DNA from: Planctomycetota bacterium
Lineage (GTDB): Bacteria > Planctomycetota > UBA1135 > JADKAF01
Assembly: GCA_016719295.1 (NCBI GenBank)
Contig: JADKAF010000001.1
Location: forward strand, 640,379-704,378
Direction of reading: 5' to 3'
Length of the DNA stretch: 64,000 nucleotides
Both the position numbers and the translations under genes were made by a program. Positions within the stretch are counted from its first letter, which is position 1; every line of letters begins with the position of its first letter. Below the pieces are notes generated by a model. That model was given only the letters and a program-made list of their open reading frames with translations. It was not told where the DNA came from and made no database searches. Below, in pieces: positions 1 to 9,765 of the stretch.

Positions 1-242
1 GATGATCGAGAAGCCGCTCTGCGTCCCTCCGGGGAGAGTGTCGTGCATGGCATTGATACTCGAGAGAGTTCTGCGAGCGCCGCGACGCGGAGCTCGACGC
101 CCTCTCTTCGGAACTCCCCCCTCGGCTGGGGCATAGAAAGAAGTTCCTGGCACCTCTTTTCCGATCCAGCGCGCGGGGCGCACCGTCGAGAGGGCGCAGC
201 GCTCACGCGCGACCAGCATGGCGCATGCCGCCAGCTATCGAC

Positions 243-1505
243 TCAGCGCGCTCGCGGACGCAGCGCGAAGCGATCGAAGATCTTTCCGAGCTGGAGATCC
301 CAAGCGAGGACCTCGAGCTCCTGCGCCCCGAAACGCAGCTCCCAGACGTGGTGGCGCGAGTGCGCGTAGCCGGGGCTCTGCAGATACCAGCGCGCGGTGT
401 CGGGCGTCCGCTGCTGCACTCCGAAGCCGCCTTCCCCGACGTAGGTCGTCCCTCGCTCCGAGCGCGCTCCCTCCTTGATCGGCACCGTGCGCTTCAGGGC
501 GTGGCCGTCGTTCTCCAGCGCGAGATCGAGAGCGTAGCGATCGAAGAGCGGCAGCCAATGCGGCGCCGCCGTCGCGGGCTGCTTCACCGCCGGCCAGAGC
601 GGTCGGTGGTATTGCGCGATCTGCCAGCGCGTCGCGCGGCGCGAGGCGAGCACCTGCTCCAGGAACATCGACTGCTCGCCGCCGGCGGCGATCTCGGTGT
701 TCAAGGTGACGAGCAGCACCTCCGGCGTGAGCTCGGTCGCATAGTAGTTCTTCTCGGCGCCGCCTGGCGCGCCGAAGACCTCGTCGTAGAGGGCTCCGGT
801 GGCCTCGTGGTTTCCGCGCGTGGGCAGGATCGGGAGCACGCGACCGCTCGCGCCGATCACGAGCTCTTGATCGCGGAGCCAGCGATCCCAGAGCGGGAGC
901 TGCGTCCCCCAGAGCACGAAGTCGCCGCCATGGGCGAGCGCCAGCACCTCGGGGCGCAGGTCGATCAGCTGCGCGAGCATGCGGTTCACCGCTCTTCGCT
1001 GCGCGCGGTCGGAGCGCGCGTCTCCGCCCGAGAGCAGGGCGATGGGCTCAGGGGTCGCCGGTGCGGTGCGGAAGTGCATCTCGGGGCTGCGTTGCCCATC
1101 GCTCTCCAGCACGAAGTAGTAGGTCGTATTCGGCGTGAGCTCGTCCAGTGCCACGGCATGCCAGTGCAGCGCGAGCTCGGTACCGGTGTAGCGGCCGCTG
1201 CGCGCGCTCGTCCGTTGCTTCGCGTAGCTCGCGAGCGCTCCCTCGCTCGCGCGGCTCCGCACGTCATAGCGCACGTGGTGCTCGCGCCCCAGCGCCGCGG
1301 TGTCCCAGAGCATGAGCGCTTTGCGCTGCGGGTCCTCCGTCCAGACGATGCGCCAATGCGCCGGGCGTTGATCGACGAGGCCGTCGGGAGGGAAGGTCTC
1401 GGAGTCCTCGAGCTTCGGGACGAGGAGGAGGGCTTCGCCGGACGGCGGCGCCTGCGCGAGGAGCGCCGAAGACAGCATGAGGATGGAGAGGGACAGAAAG
1501 CGCAT
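243..1505 (-). CDS. secreted calcineurin-like metallophosphoesterase (purple-acid-phosphatase-like)
   Basis: In ORF 243..1688 the in-frame ATG at 1505 gives a signal peptide MRFLSLSILMLSSALLAQA. GNHE metallophosphatase motif is present (LPTRGNHEATG). The start overlaps the stop of the upstream membrane-protein gene (TGATG). Confidence 0.75.
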   Translation of the reverse strand: MRFLSLSILMLSSALLAQAPPSGEALLLVPKLEDSETFPPDGLVDQRPAHWRIVWTEDPQRKALMLWDTAALGREHHVRYDVRSRASEGALASYAKQRTSARSGRYTGTELALHWHAVALDELTPNTTYYFVLESDGQRSPEMHFRTAPATPEPIALLSGGDARSDRAQRRAVNRMLAQLIDLRPEVLALAHGGDFVLWGTQLPLWDRWLRDQELVIGASGRVLPILPTRGNHEATGALYDEVFGAPGGAEKNYYATELTPEVLLVTLNTEIAAGGEQSMFLEQVLASRRATRWQIAQYHRPLWPAVKQPATAAPHWLPLFDRYALDLALENDGHALKRTVPIKEGARSERGTTYVGEGGFGVQQRTPDTARWYLQSPGYAHSRHHVWELRFGAQELEVLAWDLQLGKIFDRFALRPRAR

Positions 1506-2308
1506 CACGGGGAGCTCGCGTGGGTGACCGGAGGCTCCGCGCGCTGCAGATCGCGAGCGCGCAGGAGCGCGAGAGCGGCGAGGGGCGCGCAGGCATTGGG
1601 CAAGCGCACGAGGAAGTCGGCGTAGAACTCGGATCCATACGCGAGAGGGCGGAGAGCGGCCGTCGCGAGCCCCCAGGCGCCCATCCACGCGAGGGCGATC
1701 CGCGCGCGCGGCCAGCGCAACGCGAGGAGCGCGCCGAGAGCCACGGCGACATCGAGTGCCCCGATGCCGAGGAGCATCCGGCGCGCCGTCGGCTCGGCGA
1801 GAGAGACCTCGAGCTCGCGCGCGAAGAGGAAGAGGAAGTCGAGGAACTCGCCGTGCATGGCGAAGGCTTCGACTCCGTGCGCGGCGAAGGTCGCGGCGGA
1901 GGCGCCGACGAGCAGCACGGCTGCGGCTCGCACGCGCCGTTCACCGGGACGCCTCGGCGTCGCGCAGAGCATCCCGAGCGAGAGCGGTGCCGCGAGGCGC
2001 GTGGCTTGCATGGCCGGTGCGAGCGCCGCGAAAGGCTCGCGCTGCCAGATCGTCGCCGCGCACCACGCGCCGCACCACGCCGCGAGAGCCAGCCCGAGCA
2101 GACCGAGCGGTCGGAAGGGTACCAGCAACGCGAGCACGACGCCGAACCAACCCGCGCTGCGCAGCACGCTCAACGCGCCGGCCTCGTCGTAGCCGCCCTC
2201 GGTCCAGAGCCACGCGAAGAGCGGGCCCCAGCCCTCGATCCCCAAGCGCAGCAGCGCGACCATGCAGGCCAGCACCGCGATCGCGAGGAGGACGCGCGAG
2301 AGCTTCAC
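1505..2308 (-). CDS. hypothetical polytopic membrane protein
   Basis: 267 aa ORF with several hydrophobic helices (MKLSRVLLAIAVLACMVALL...). No motif I recognise. Translationally coupled to the downstream phosphatase gene. Confidence 0.5.
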   Translation of the reverse strand: MKLSRVLLAIAVLACMVALLRLGIEGWGPLFAWLWTEGGYDEAGALSVLRSAGWFGVVLALLVPFRPLGLLGLALAAWCGAWCAATIWQREPFAALAPAMQATRLAAPLSLGMLCATPRRPGERRVRAAAVLLVGASAATFAAHGVEAFAMHGEFLDFLFLFARELEVSLAEPTARRMLLGIGALDVAVALGALLALRWPRARIALAWMGAWGLATAALRPLAYGSEFYADFLVRLPNACAPLAALALLRARDLQRAEPPVTHASSP

Positions 2309-2321
2309 CGGAGGCGGCGGA

Positions 2322-3803
2322 TCAGCCCTGGCGGCGGTGCAGCGAGAGAGCGATGGCGGCCGCGGCGCGCTCGGCGACGAACGCGTTGCCCGCGGCGGTG
2401 AGATGCACGCCGTCGTTCGTGAGGATTCCTTGCTCGGCGTTGGCGGCGTTCAGGAGCGCCAGGCGATCCAGGAAGTCCGCGCGCAGGTCGCAGAGCACGA
2501 GGCCCAGCTCCGCGGCGACCGCGCGAGTGATGCCGGCGTAGCGGTCGAGCTCCGTATCGAGCTCGTTCTCTCCCGCGCGCTTCTCGCCGATCACGCTCGG
2601 CGTCGCGAGCACGACGCGGGCTCCGGCGGCGCCGAGCTTCGCGCAGAGCTCGCGCAGCCCGGAGTCGAACGCCGCTTCCGGCGTGCCCTTGCCGTTCAGC
2701 TTCTGGTGCCAGACATCGTTGATGCCGATGTAGACGAAGACGATCGTCGGCTTCGCGGCGAGCACATCGCGCTCGAGGCGCGCGAGCAGGTCGCCGATCT
2801 TGTTGCCGCTGATGCCCGCGCGCACGAACGGGATCTCGAGCTCCGAGCGCTGCTCGCGCAGCGCGGCCTCGAGGCGCGTCACGTAGCCGCCCGGCGCCCC
2901 ACCGGCCTGCGTGATCGAGTCGCCGAGGAACGCGAGCTTGTCGCCTTCGCGCCAGGGCGCCGACGCGAGGGCGGCGAGCGCGCCGCCGCCGCGCTGCGCG
3001 AAGAGCCACGGCAACAGGCCGCTGTCGTCGGAGTAGGCCGACTTCCACGAGTCGTGCGCGACGCCCTGGAGCTCCGTATAGATCGGAGCGCCGCCCACGG
3101 CTTCGAGGGCGCCGATCATCGCGCGCGAGCGCTCGACCGCGACCACCTTGTCGTCCGCGCCGTGGAAGCACCAGAGCGGAAGCGCGGCGAGCCGCGCGGC
3201 GTCGCGCGGATCGCCGCCTCCGCAGATCGGAGCGGCAGCGGCGAACCACGTCGGATGGCGCGCGGCGAGATCCCAGGTGCCGAAGCCGCCCATTGAGAGG
3301 CCGGTGAGATAGAGGCGCTCGGGGTCGATCGGGTGCTGCGCGAGCACCTTCTGGAGCGCGCGCTGCACGCCTTCCATGGCCGGGGATTGCTCGGCGGGGC
3401 GCGCGCTCTCCTTCGCGCTCCAATCGACCTCGACCCAGCGGCGGTCCTTCGGGCACTGCGGCGCGAGCACGTAGCAGGGATAGGCCTCGCTCCAGGCCTT
3501 GCTCGCCATCGGGTTGCCGAACCAGCTGAGCTGGCGTCGGTTGTCGTCGCCGCGCTCGCCCGCGCCGTGGAGGAAGAGCACGAGCGGATAGCGCGCGCCC
3601 TCCGCGATCTGCGCGGGCTTCAGCAGCTTCCAGGGTACGCGCAGCTCGGCGCCGCCCGCGTCGCGGAGCTGCTCGAGCCCTTCCGCGAAGCGCTCGTCTT
3701 GCGCCGCGGCGCGCGCGCCGGGCAGGAGCGCGCCGACGAAGGCGGCGGAGGCGGGCAGCGCGCGGAGCGCGCCGCGCACGAGGTAGAGGAACGAGTCCAG
3801 CAT
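2322..3803 (-). CDS. secreted bifunctional hydrolase: N-terminal alpha/beta-hydrolase esterase fused to C-terminal SGNH/GDSL hydrolase
   Basis: Internal ATG at 3803 gives signal peptide MLDSFLYLVRGALRALPASAAFVGA. N-terminal part has HGAGERG and GLSMGG nucleophile elbow. C-terminal part has a GDSITQ block and DGVHLT. Confidence 0.75.
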   Translation of the reverse strand: MLDSFLYLVRGALRALPASAAFVGALLPGARAAAQDERFAEGLEQLRDAGGAELRVPWKLLKPAQIAEGARYPLVLFLHGAGERGDDNRRQLSWFGNPMASKAWSEAYPCYVLAPQCPKDRRWVEVDWSAKESARPAEQSPAMEGVQRALQKVLAQHPIDPERLYLTGLSMGGFGTWDLAARHPTWFAAAAPICGGGDPRDAARLAALPLWCFHGADDKVVAVERSRAMIGALEAVGGAPIYTELQGVAHDSWKSAYSDDSGLLPWLFAQRGGGALAALASAPWREGDKLAFLGDSITQAGGAPGGYVTRLEAALREQRSELEIPFVRAGISGNKIGDLLARLERDVLAAKPTIVFVYIGINDVWHQKLNGKGTPEAAFDSGLRELCAKLGAAGARVVLATPSVIGEKRAGENELDTELDRYAGITRAVAAELGLVLCDLRADFLDRLALLNAANAEQGILTNDGVHLTAAGNAFVAERAAAAIALSLHRRQG

Positions 3804-3873
3804 CGGGAGCTCCGCGAGGAGGGCGTGGGAGCGCGCAGCGTAGCGCCTGACGCGCGAGTGGGCCACGACGCGC

Positions 3874-4560
3874 TCAGCTCCGCTCGAGCGCCGCGCGCAG
3901 CGCGCGCACCTCGGCCTCGTCGACGAGCTCGCCGCCGGTGCGCGCGCTCGAGTGCAGCTCGCGCGCTCCCGTGGCGGCGAGGAGCGCGGCGGCATGCGCG
4001 GAGCGCACGCCGCCGCCGGGCAGGACGAGGAGGCGCTCCGCGGCCTGCCGGATCAGCGCGCGCAAGCGCACGCGTCCGTCCCACGCGGTGCTCTCGTCTC
4101 CGCTCGTCAGCACGCGCTCGAAGCCGAGCTCGATCAGGGACTCCAGCGCTTCCTCTTGTCGCGCGAGGAGATCGAAGGCGCGGTGGAAGGTCGCCTCGAG
4201 CGGGCGCGCTTCCTCGCGGAGGCGCCGCATCGACTCGCGATCGATCGCGCCGTCCGCGCCTAGCGCGCCGATCACGATGCCCTGCAGGCCGAGCTCGCGC
4301 GCTCGACGGACCTCCGCGAGTAGCGCGCGGAGCTCATCGCGGCTCAGCGTGAACGGTCCGCCGTGGGGACGCAGCAACACCCGGAGATCGAGCGCGGGAT
4401 GCGCGTCGCGGATCTGCGCGAGGAGCGTCTGCGGCGGCGTCACCCCTCCGCACGCGAGGTCCACGCAGAGCTCCAGACGGTCGGCTCCACCGCGCGCGGC
4501 GGCCGCCGCATCGGCGAGGCTCGTCGCGACGATCTCGAGCTTCCGCGCAGCGCGGCTCAA
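3874..4560 (-). CDS. cutC: copper homeostasis protein CutC
   Basis: C-terminal part of composite ORF 3874..5694. KLEIVATSLADAAAAARGGADRLELC resembles the CutC N-terminus. Start inferred at TTG 4560, just after the stop (4571) of the upstream esterase gene. Confidence 0.7.
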   Translation of the reverse strand: MSRAARKLEIVATSLADAAAAARGGADRLELCVDLACGGVTPPQTLLAQIRDAHPALDLRVLLRPHGGPFTLSRDELRALLAEVRRARELGLQGIVIGALGADGAIDRESMRRLREEARPLEATFHRAFDLLARQEEALESLIELGFERVLTSGDESTAWDGRVRLRALIRQAAERLLVLPGGGVRSAHAAALLAATGARELHSSARTGGELVDEAEVRALRAALERS

Positions 4561-4570
4561 GAGCGGAGCC

Positions 4571-6037
4571 TCACTTCGCTTCGCCAGGCGCCGCGTAGAG
4601 GCGCAGCGCGTCGAAGCGCCCGGTGTCGTCGAACGAGCCCACGCCGATGCACCCGCGGAGGAAGCGGCGATCGACGGCGCGCAGATGCGGCGTCTCGACG
4701 CCGTCGAGATAGAGCTCGATCGCGCCGCTCTCGACGTCGCGCACGAGGCGCGCGCGATGCCAGCGCTCGCCCCAGGGGGTGCCCGCACCGCGCTCGCCCT
4801 CGAGGCGCCGCCGCGCGGCCCCGTCGACGAGGAAGACGCCGTGGCTCGTCGCATCGGCCTGCTGGCCGAGATGCACGTAGTAGAAGTGCTCCGCGTCCTG
4901 CCAGCCGCAGACGAGCACGAGGTCGCGATGCCCGTAGCTCGCGTGCGTGCTGCGCAGATCGACGTCGAGGACGAAGCTCTCGACGGCGAGATCCTTTCGC
5001 ACGGCGAGGTGCAGCGGCGAGCGATGCTTCGGCGCGTACGAGCTCCGCTTCGCCACGATCTCGAGCGCGCGAGCGCCGCTCTCTCCGGTGATCCTCCAAG
5101 CGGCGGCGTCGGAGAGCCACCACCCGTCCTCGCTCGCGCTCTCGAAGTCCTCGCGCAGCCGCAGCGGATGGAGCCCGCCGCCGCGCAGCTCGCTCCGCCA
5201 ACGCACGAGCAGCCGATCGAGGTCGGCTTCCAGCTCCTCGCGCGCCCAACCGTGCTGCGCGCCGATCCGCGAATGCAGCGCCTCGGGGACGCCCGCGGCG
5301 CGCAGGGCCTCATGCAGCGCTGTCGCTTGCGCATGGGGGACCAGCGCATCGTCGGTGCCGTGGAAGCTGCGGACCCAGGCGTCGCCCGCCGACACGTGCG
5401 CGCGCGGCGAAGCGGCGCGGCGGAGCGGCGCCGCGGCGTCGCCGCTCGCGCCGAGGAAGTCCGCGATGAGGCGCTCCGCGCGCTCGGGGAGCTCGGAGGC
5501 GGAGAGATCGGTGGGGCCGAAGAAGTTGCCGACGGCGCGCACGCGCGGGCGGCCGGGCTCGGTGCCTTCGTCGTGCGTGCCGAGCAGCAGCGCGAGATGG
5601 CCACCAGCCGAGAAGCCGATCGCCGCGCAGCGCTCGGGATCGAGCCCGAGCTCGTCTGCATGAGCGGCGAGGAACTCTCGCGCGGCGCAGACATCTTCCC
5701 AAGGCGCGGGGAAGCGATGCTCGGGCAGCAAGCGATAGCTGATCGCCGCGGCGGCGAAGCCCGCGTTCACGCAGCGCTCGACGACACGGTGCACATCTTC
5801 GCGCCGACCTTGGCGCCAACCGCCGCCGTGGATCGCGAGCACGCACGGCAGCGCTCGATCGGCGCTGGCCGGACGCGCGAAGTCGAGCGCGAGCTCGAGC
5901 GCGTCGCGCCGCGCGTACACGAGGCCGCGGCGCCACTCGATGGGCGGCGCCGCGTCCCCCGCGCTCTGCTGCGCTCGGAGCTCAGGCGCGGCCACGCCGG
6001 CGAGCAGCGCGCCGATCGCGAGGAACCCGCGCTTCAC
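4571..6037 (-). CDS. secreted alpha/beta-hydrolase fold esterase/lipase with extra C-terminal domain
   Basis: GTG start with signal peptide MKRGFLAIGALLAGVAAPELRAQQ. HGGGW oxyanion-hole motif and GFSAGG nucleophile motif. About 200 aa C-terminal extension of unknown function. Confidence 0.75.
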   Translation of the reverse strand: MKRGFLAIGALLAGVAAPELRAQQSAGDAAPPIEWRRGLVYARRDALELALDFARPASADRALPCVLAIHGGGWRQGRREDVHRVVERCVNAGFAAAAISYRLLPEHRFPAPWEDVCAAREFLAAHADELGLDPERCAAIGFSAGGHLALLLGTHDEGTEPGRPRVRAVGNFFGPTDLSASELPERAERLIADFLGASGDAAAPLRRAASPRAHVSAGDAWVRSFHGTDDALVPHAQATALHEALRAAGVPEALHSRIGAQHGWAREELEADLDRLLVRWRSELRGGGLHPLRLREDFESASEDGWWLSDAAAWRITGESGARALEIVAKRSSYAPKHRSPLHLAVRKDLAVESFVLDVDLRSTHASYGHRDLVLVCGWQDAEHFYYVHLGQQADATSHGVFLVDGAARRRLEGERGAGTPWGERWHRARLVRDVESGAIELYLDGVETPHLRAVDRRFLRGCIGVGSFDDTGRFDALRLYAAPGEAK

Positions 6038-6040
6038 AGC

Positions 6041-9000
6041 TCAGCGCTTCCGCGGACGCGAGCGCGGAGCGCGCTCGGCCGCACGCGGCTCGCGCTCCGC
6101 CGCCGCCTCACGCTCGACCTCGGTCTTCGGCGCGGGCTGCGGACGCGCCGAGCGCGCGCGCGCCGGGCTCGCCGAACGCGACGGCTCGCGGCGCTCCGCG
6201 GTCGTCTCGACTTGCGGCTCCTCGCGCGTTCGGCGACGGCGCGGCTCGGCCGCGGGGCGCTCGGGCTCGCGCTCGCGCTTCGGCCGCTCGTCTTCGGCGG
6301 CGCGCGGTGCGCTCGCCTCGTGCTTCGCGCGCGCGCGGGGCGCGCGCTCGCCGGCGTCGCGCGGCGCCGACGAACGCGCCGCCGCGGCGGCGCGTCGCCG
6401 CGGCGCGGAGCGGGCGACCTCGAGCCAAGCCTCGGCGAGATCTCCGGCGCGCGCGCTGTTCGACGCGCGCGTCGTCGCCTTCGCACTCTCCTTCGCACTC
6501 GCCCGTGGCGCGGAGGTCTCGCGCTGCTCCGCGCGGGCCTTCGCCGTCCGCGGCGCGGCGCGGCGCGGTTCCGCTTCCACCTCGCGTGGCTCGGCTGCGC
6601 GCGGCGCGCTGGTGCGTGGCCCACCCGTGCGCGATCTCTCCGCGCGCGGCTCGACCTCTCGTGCAGCCTCGTCACGCGGCGCCTCGGCGCGCGCCGAAGC
6701 GCGTCGCGCTTCGGTCGCCTGCCTCGTGCGCGCCCGCGGCTCGCGCGGAGCCTCGGCGCGCGCGGCCGGCGGCGCGTCGCCACGGCGCACGTTCGGCGCC
6801 GCCGAGGGGCGGGCCGGAGCTTCCGTGCGCGAACTCGGCTCCTGCTCCGGCGACGCAGCGGGAGGGCCTGCTTCGGCCCGGCGGCGCGTCGGAGCCGCGG
6901 GCCGCTCGTCGCGGGGCGCGGCGCTGCGCGTCGAACGCTCGCGCCTCGCGGCGGGAGCCTCGGCGCGCGACTCGCGCACGGTCTCCTTCGGAACGGCATC
7001 CGGACGCGCGGTCTCGCGCGCCGCGCTCGGAACCGCAGTCGCACGCGCGTTCTCGCGCGGAGCACTCGGAACGGCAGTCGCACGCGCGTTCTCGCGCGGC
7101 GCATTCGGAACGGCAGTCGGACGCGCGGTCTCGCGCGCCGAGCTTCGGCGCTCCGGCGCCGCGGGGACGCGCGCTTCTTCGACGAGCTCGGCGCGGCGGC
7201 TCGGGCGCGCCGGCGGAGCGACGGGGAGGCGCTCGACGGAACGCGGCGCGCGCGACGCGGCGCTCTCCGTCTCCTGTTCTGCGCGACGCGGCTTCTCCGT
7301 CGCGCGCGCGGCGCGCTCGGGCGGCGCGGCGGAGGCGCGCGGCGCCGAGCGCGTCGACGGGCGGCTCGCTTCCTCGCGCGATGCCGGCGGCGCTTCGCGA
7401 CGCGCTTCCGCGCGGAGGGGCGGCGAGGTTTCGCGCGAGCTCGTGCGCCGTCTCTCCTCGCGCGGTGGCTCGCTGGCGCGAACCGAGCTCGTGCGTCGGG
7501 GCGACTCCGCGGGAGGAACGGCAGCGGCGCTGCGAGGCGGCGCTGCCGGGCGATCGGCGGAAGCGCGCGGGGGGATCGATCGAGGCTCCGCGAGCGAGCG
7601 CTGCGACGGCGCCGTCCGTTGCTCGGGCGAGGAGGCCGCCGCGGCGCCGTTCGCGCGCGCCGGCTCCGCGCCGCGGCGCGCCGCGGGTCGCGCGCTGCGC
7701 GTATCGCGCTCTTCGCGGGTCATGGCGCCGAACGCCGCGGGCTCGTTCCCCTGAGGCTCCGCGCTCGCGCGCAGAGGCGCTGCTTCGCGCCGGGGGCGTT
7801 CCTCGCGCCGCGGGCGCTCTTCGCGCGTCGCAGCTTCGTCGCTCCGCGGACGCTCGTCGCGCGACGCTCGCTCCGATCGAGCGGGCCGCTCGCGGCGCGA
7901 TTCGTGCGGCGGGCGCTCGTCCGAGCGCGCCGGACGTTCTTCGCGCCTGTCGCGCGCCTCGCGAACGTCGCGCGTATCGCGCCCATCGCGCCCATCGCGT
8001 AAGTCGCGCCCATCGCGCACGTCGCGCGTATCGCGTACGTCGCGGTCGCGCACCGCGCGACCCTCGGGTGCGCGCTCGCGTTCCTCGCTTGCACCGCGCG
8101 GAGCTTCGCGCTCCTCGCGCGGCGGACGCTCGCTCCGGCGGCGCTGCCCCGGATAGGGCGCGATCTCGTCGAGCGTGGTCTCGCGCACCTCGACATCGAT
8201 CTTGCTGCGGATCAGCGCCCACTTCTTGCGATCGCTCGGCGCGACCAGCGTGATCGCGCGACCGCTGCGGCCGGCGCGGCCCGTGCGGCCGACGCGGTGT
8301 GCGTACTCGGTCGCTTCGAACGGGACGTACGCGTTCACGACCTGCGTCACGTGCGAGATGTCGAGGCCGCGCGCCGCGACGTCGGTCGCGATGAGCGCCT
8401 TCAGCTTCTTCGCGCGGAAGGCCTCCATCACCTGGAAGCGCGCGGCTTGGTCGAAGCCGCCGTGGAGCGCGTGGATCGCGTGCGGCAAGCGGCGGAGCCG
8501 CCGATAGATGATGCCGACGTCCGTGCGCTTCTTGCAGAAGACGATGAAGGTGTCGTCGACCGAGCTCGCCGCGATCAGGCGCGCCGCGGCCTCGCCGCGC
8601 TCTTCCTCGCCGATCGGGATCCAGAACTGCTCGACGGTGGAGGCGGTCTTCGTGCCGAGCGCGGTCGCGACCTCGATCGGATTCACCGTATGCTCTCGCG
8701 CGAGGCGCAGGAGATCGGGAGGAAAGGTCGCGGAGAAGAGCAGCGTCTGCCGTTCCTTCGGCAGGTAGTTCAGGATCTTCTTCACGTCGTCGAGGAAGCC
8801 GATCTCCAGCATGCGATCGGCCTCGTCGAGCACCGCGAACTCCGTCCACGGGAACTGCACGAAGCGCTGCTCGTAGAGATCGATGATGCGGCCGGGCGTC
8901 GCGACGACGATCTGCGCGCCGGCGCGCAGCGCCTTCACCTGAGGCATCATCGGTTCGCCGCCGACGACGAGGGCGACGGTCAGGCCGCGCACCTTGCCGA

Positions 9001-9220
9001 GGCGCTGCAGCACGTCGCCGACCTGCTGCGCGAGCTCGCGCGTCGGGCAGAGGACGAGGGCGAGGATGCTGGTGCGACCGGGCTCGAGCTTGGCGAGGAT
9101 CGGCGCGCCGAAGGCGAGCGTCTTGCCGGTGCCCGTCTCGGCCTTGGCGATGATGTCGCGGCCTTCGAGAACGGGACCGATGGCGAGGGCCTGGATCGGC
9201 GTCGGCTTCGAGATGCCCAT
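6041..9220 (-). CDS. DEAD-box ATP-dependent RNA helicase with ~700 aa low-complexity R/E/P/A-rich C-terminal tail (5-prime end probably extends to ~9300-9480)
   Basis: PTPIQ, AETGTGKT, DEAD, SAT and HRVGRTGRAGRSG motifs. The Q-motif phenylalanine region (FREWSLGDDILRELDAMG) is encoded in frame upstream of the first ATG, with no in-frame ATG/GTG/TTG before the stop at ~9488. The tail contains RD-dipeptide and 13 aa tandem repeats. Confidence 0.85.
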   Translation of the reverse strand: MGISKPTPIQALAIGPVLEGRDIIAKAETGTGKTLAFGAPILAKLEPGRTSILALVLCPTRELAQQVGDVLQRLGKVRGLTVALVVGGEPMMPQVKALRAGAQIVVATPGRIIDLYEQRFVQFPWTEFAVLDEADRMLEIGFLDDVKKILNYLPKERQTLLFSATFPPDLLRLAREHTVNPIEVATALGTKTASTVEQFWIPIGEEERGEAAARLIAASSVDDTFIVFCKKRTDVGIIYRRLRRLPHAIHALHGGFDQAARFQVMEAFRAKKLKALIATDVAARGLDISHVTQVVNAYVPFEATEYAHRVGRTGRAGRSGRAITLVAPSDRKKWALIRSKIDVEVRETTLDEIAPYPGQRRRSERPPREEREAPRGASEERERAPEGRAVRDRDVRDTRDVRDGRDLRDGRDGRDTRDVREARDRREERPARSDERPPHESRRERPARSERASRDERPRSDEAATREERPRREERPRREAAPLRASAEPQGNEPAAFGAMTREERDTRSARPAARRGAEPARANGAAAASSPEQRTAPSQRSLAEPRSIPPRASADRPAAPPRSAAAVPPAESPRRTSSVRASEPPREERRRTSSRETSPPLRAEARREAPPASREEASRPSTRSAPRASAAPPERAARATEKPRRAEQETESAASRAPRSVERLPVAPPARPSRRAELVEEARVPAAPERRSSARETARPTAVPNAPRENARATAVPSAPRENARATAVPSAARETARPDAVPKETVRESRAEAPAARRERSTRSAAPRDERPAAPTRRRAEAGPPAASPEQEPSSRTEAPARPSAAPNVRRGDAPPAARAEAPREPRARTRQATEARRASARAEAPRDEAAREVEPRAERSRTGGPRTSAPRAAEPREVEAEPRRAAPRTAKARAEQRETSAPRASAKESAKATTRASNSARAGDLAEAWLEVARSAPRRRAAAAARSSAPRDAGERAPRARAKHEASAPRAAEDERPKREREPERPAAEPRRRRTREEPQVETTAERREPSRSASPARARSARPQPAPKTEVEREAAAEREPRAAERAPRSRPRKR
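6990..7146. repeat. four tandem copies of a 39 bp unit inside the helicase tail
   Basis: ggaacggcagtcgcacgcgcgttctcgcgcgg(a/c)gca(c/t)tc repeated head-to-tail. Encodes 13 aa repeats (…PRENARATAVPSA…). Confidence 0.7.
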
Positions 9221-9765
9221 GGCATCGAGCTCGCGCAGGATGTCGTCCCCGAGGGACCACTCGCGGAAGGAGGCGATATCGGGAGCATCCGTGGTCGGAT
9301 GCAGCTCTTCGACGGGACCGCTCGGGCGCGGAGCCTTGGGCTCACTGCTGCCGGAGCGCGGACGGCCGCGGCGCGGAGCGCGGGAGCGAGACGAGGGGGA
9401 CGAGTTCGGAATGGCGACCTCCTGGGGTCGGCCGAGAGTGAGGAGCAGATGAGAGGCCGCGATTCTAGTGAGGCTCGCGTTCCCGGCCTAGCAGCCTGTT
9501 GAAGAAGTGCCTCGAGCCTGGGAGCGATGCGTGGGGCGTCCCACCGAGGCGCAGGAACGGGCGCTGAAGCGGCTGTTTCCGCCAGCTTCCGGCGACGCAG
9601 GCGGGGCGAGCGAGGCTCGTTCGCCAGACCGAAGTCGGTCTTCGACACGCTGCTCGCCCCGGTCTGTCGCCAGCGTCGGCTCGCGGCCCGCGGAGCACGC
9701 GGGCCGGGTTGCCGAGCGGCCTCTCGCGCCGTCTCGCGCTTCGAAGGCGCGTGGCCGCGAGGAGC

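Noticed and set aside
1-242. Possible partial gene at the window start (ORFs 43..369 +, 218..478 +)
   Set aside because: The translations are low-complexity Arg/Ala/Ser-rich with no motifs. Treated as intergenic, or as the 3-prime flank of the phosphatase gene.
3874-5694. 606 aa composite minus-strand ORF
   Set aside because: Its N-terminal 380 aa is an out-of-frame read through the esterase gene (4571..6037). Only the C-terminal CutC part (3874..4560) is protein-like.
3938-8002. 1354 aa plus-strand ORF, with similar very long ORFs at 36321..40592 (-), 39925..42285 (-), 45136..47448 (+), 47298..49298 (+), 49916..51685 (+) and 31065..32981 (+)
   Set aside because: All are antisense or out of frame relative to well-supported genes. 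They are Arg/Ala/Gly-rich low-complexity translations typical of stop-poor frames in ~70% GC DNA, and none has motifs.
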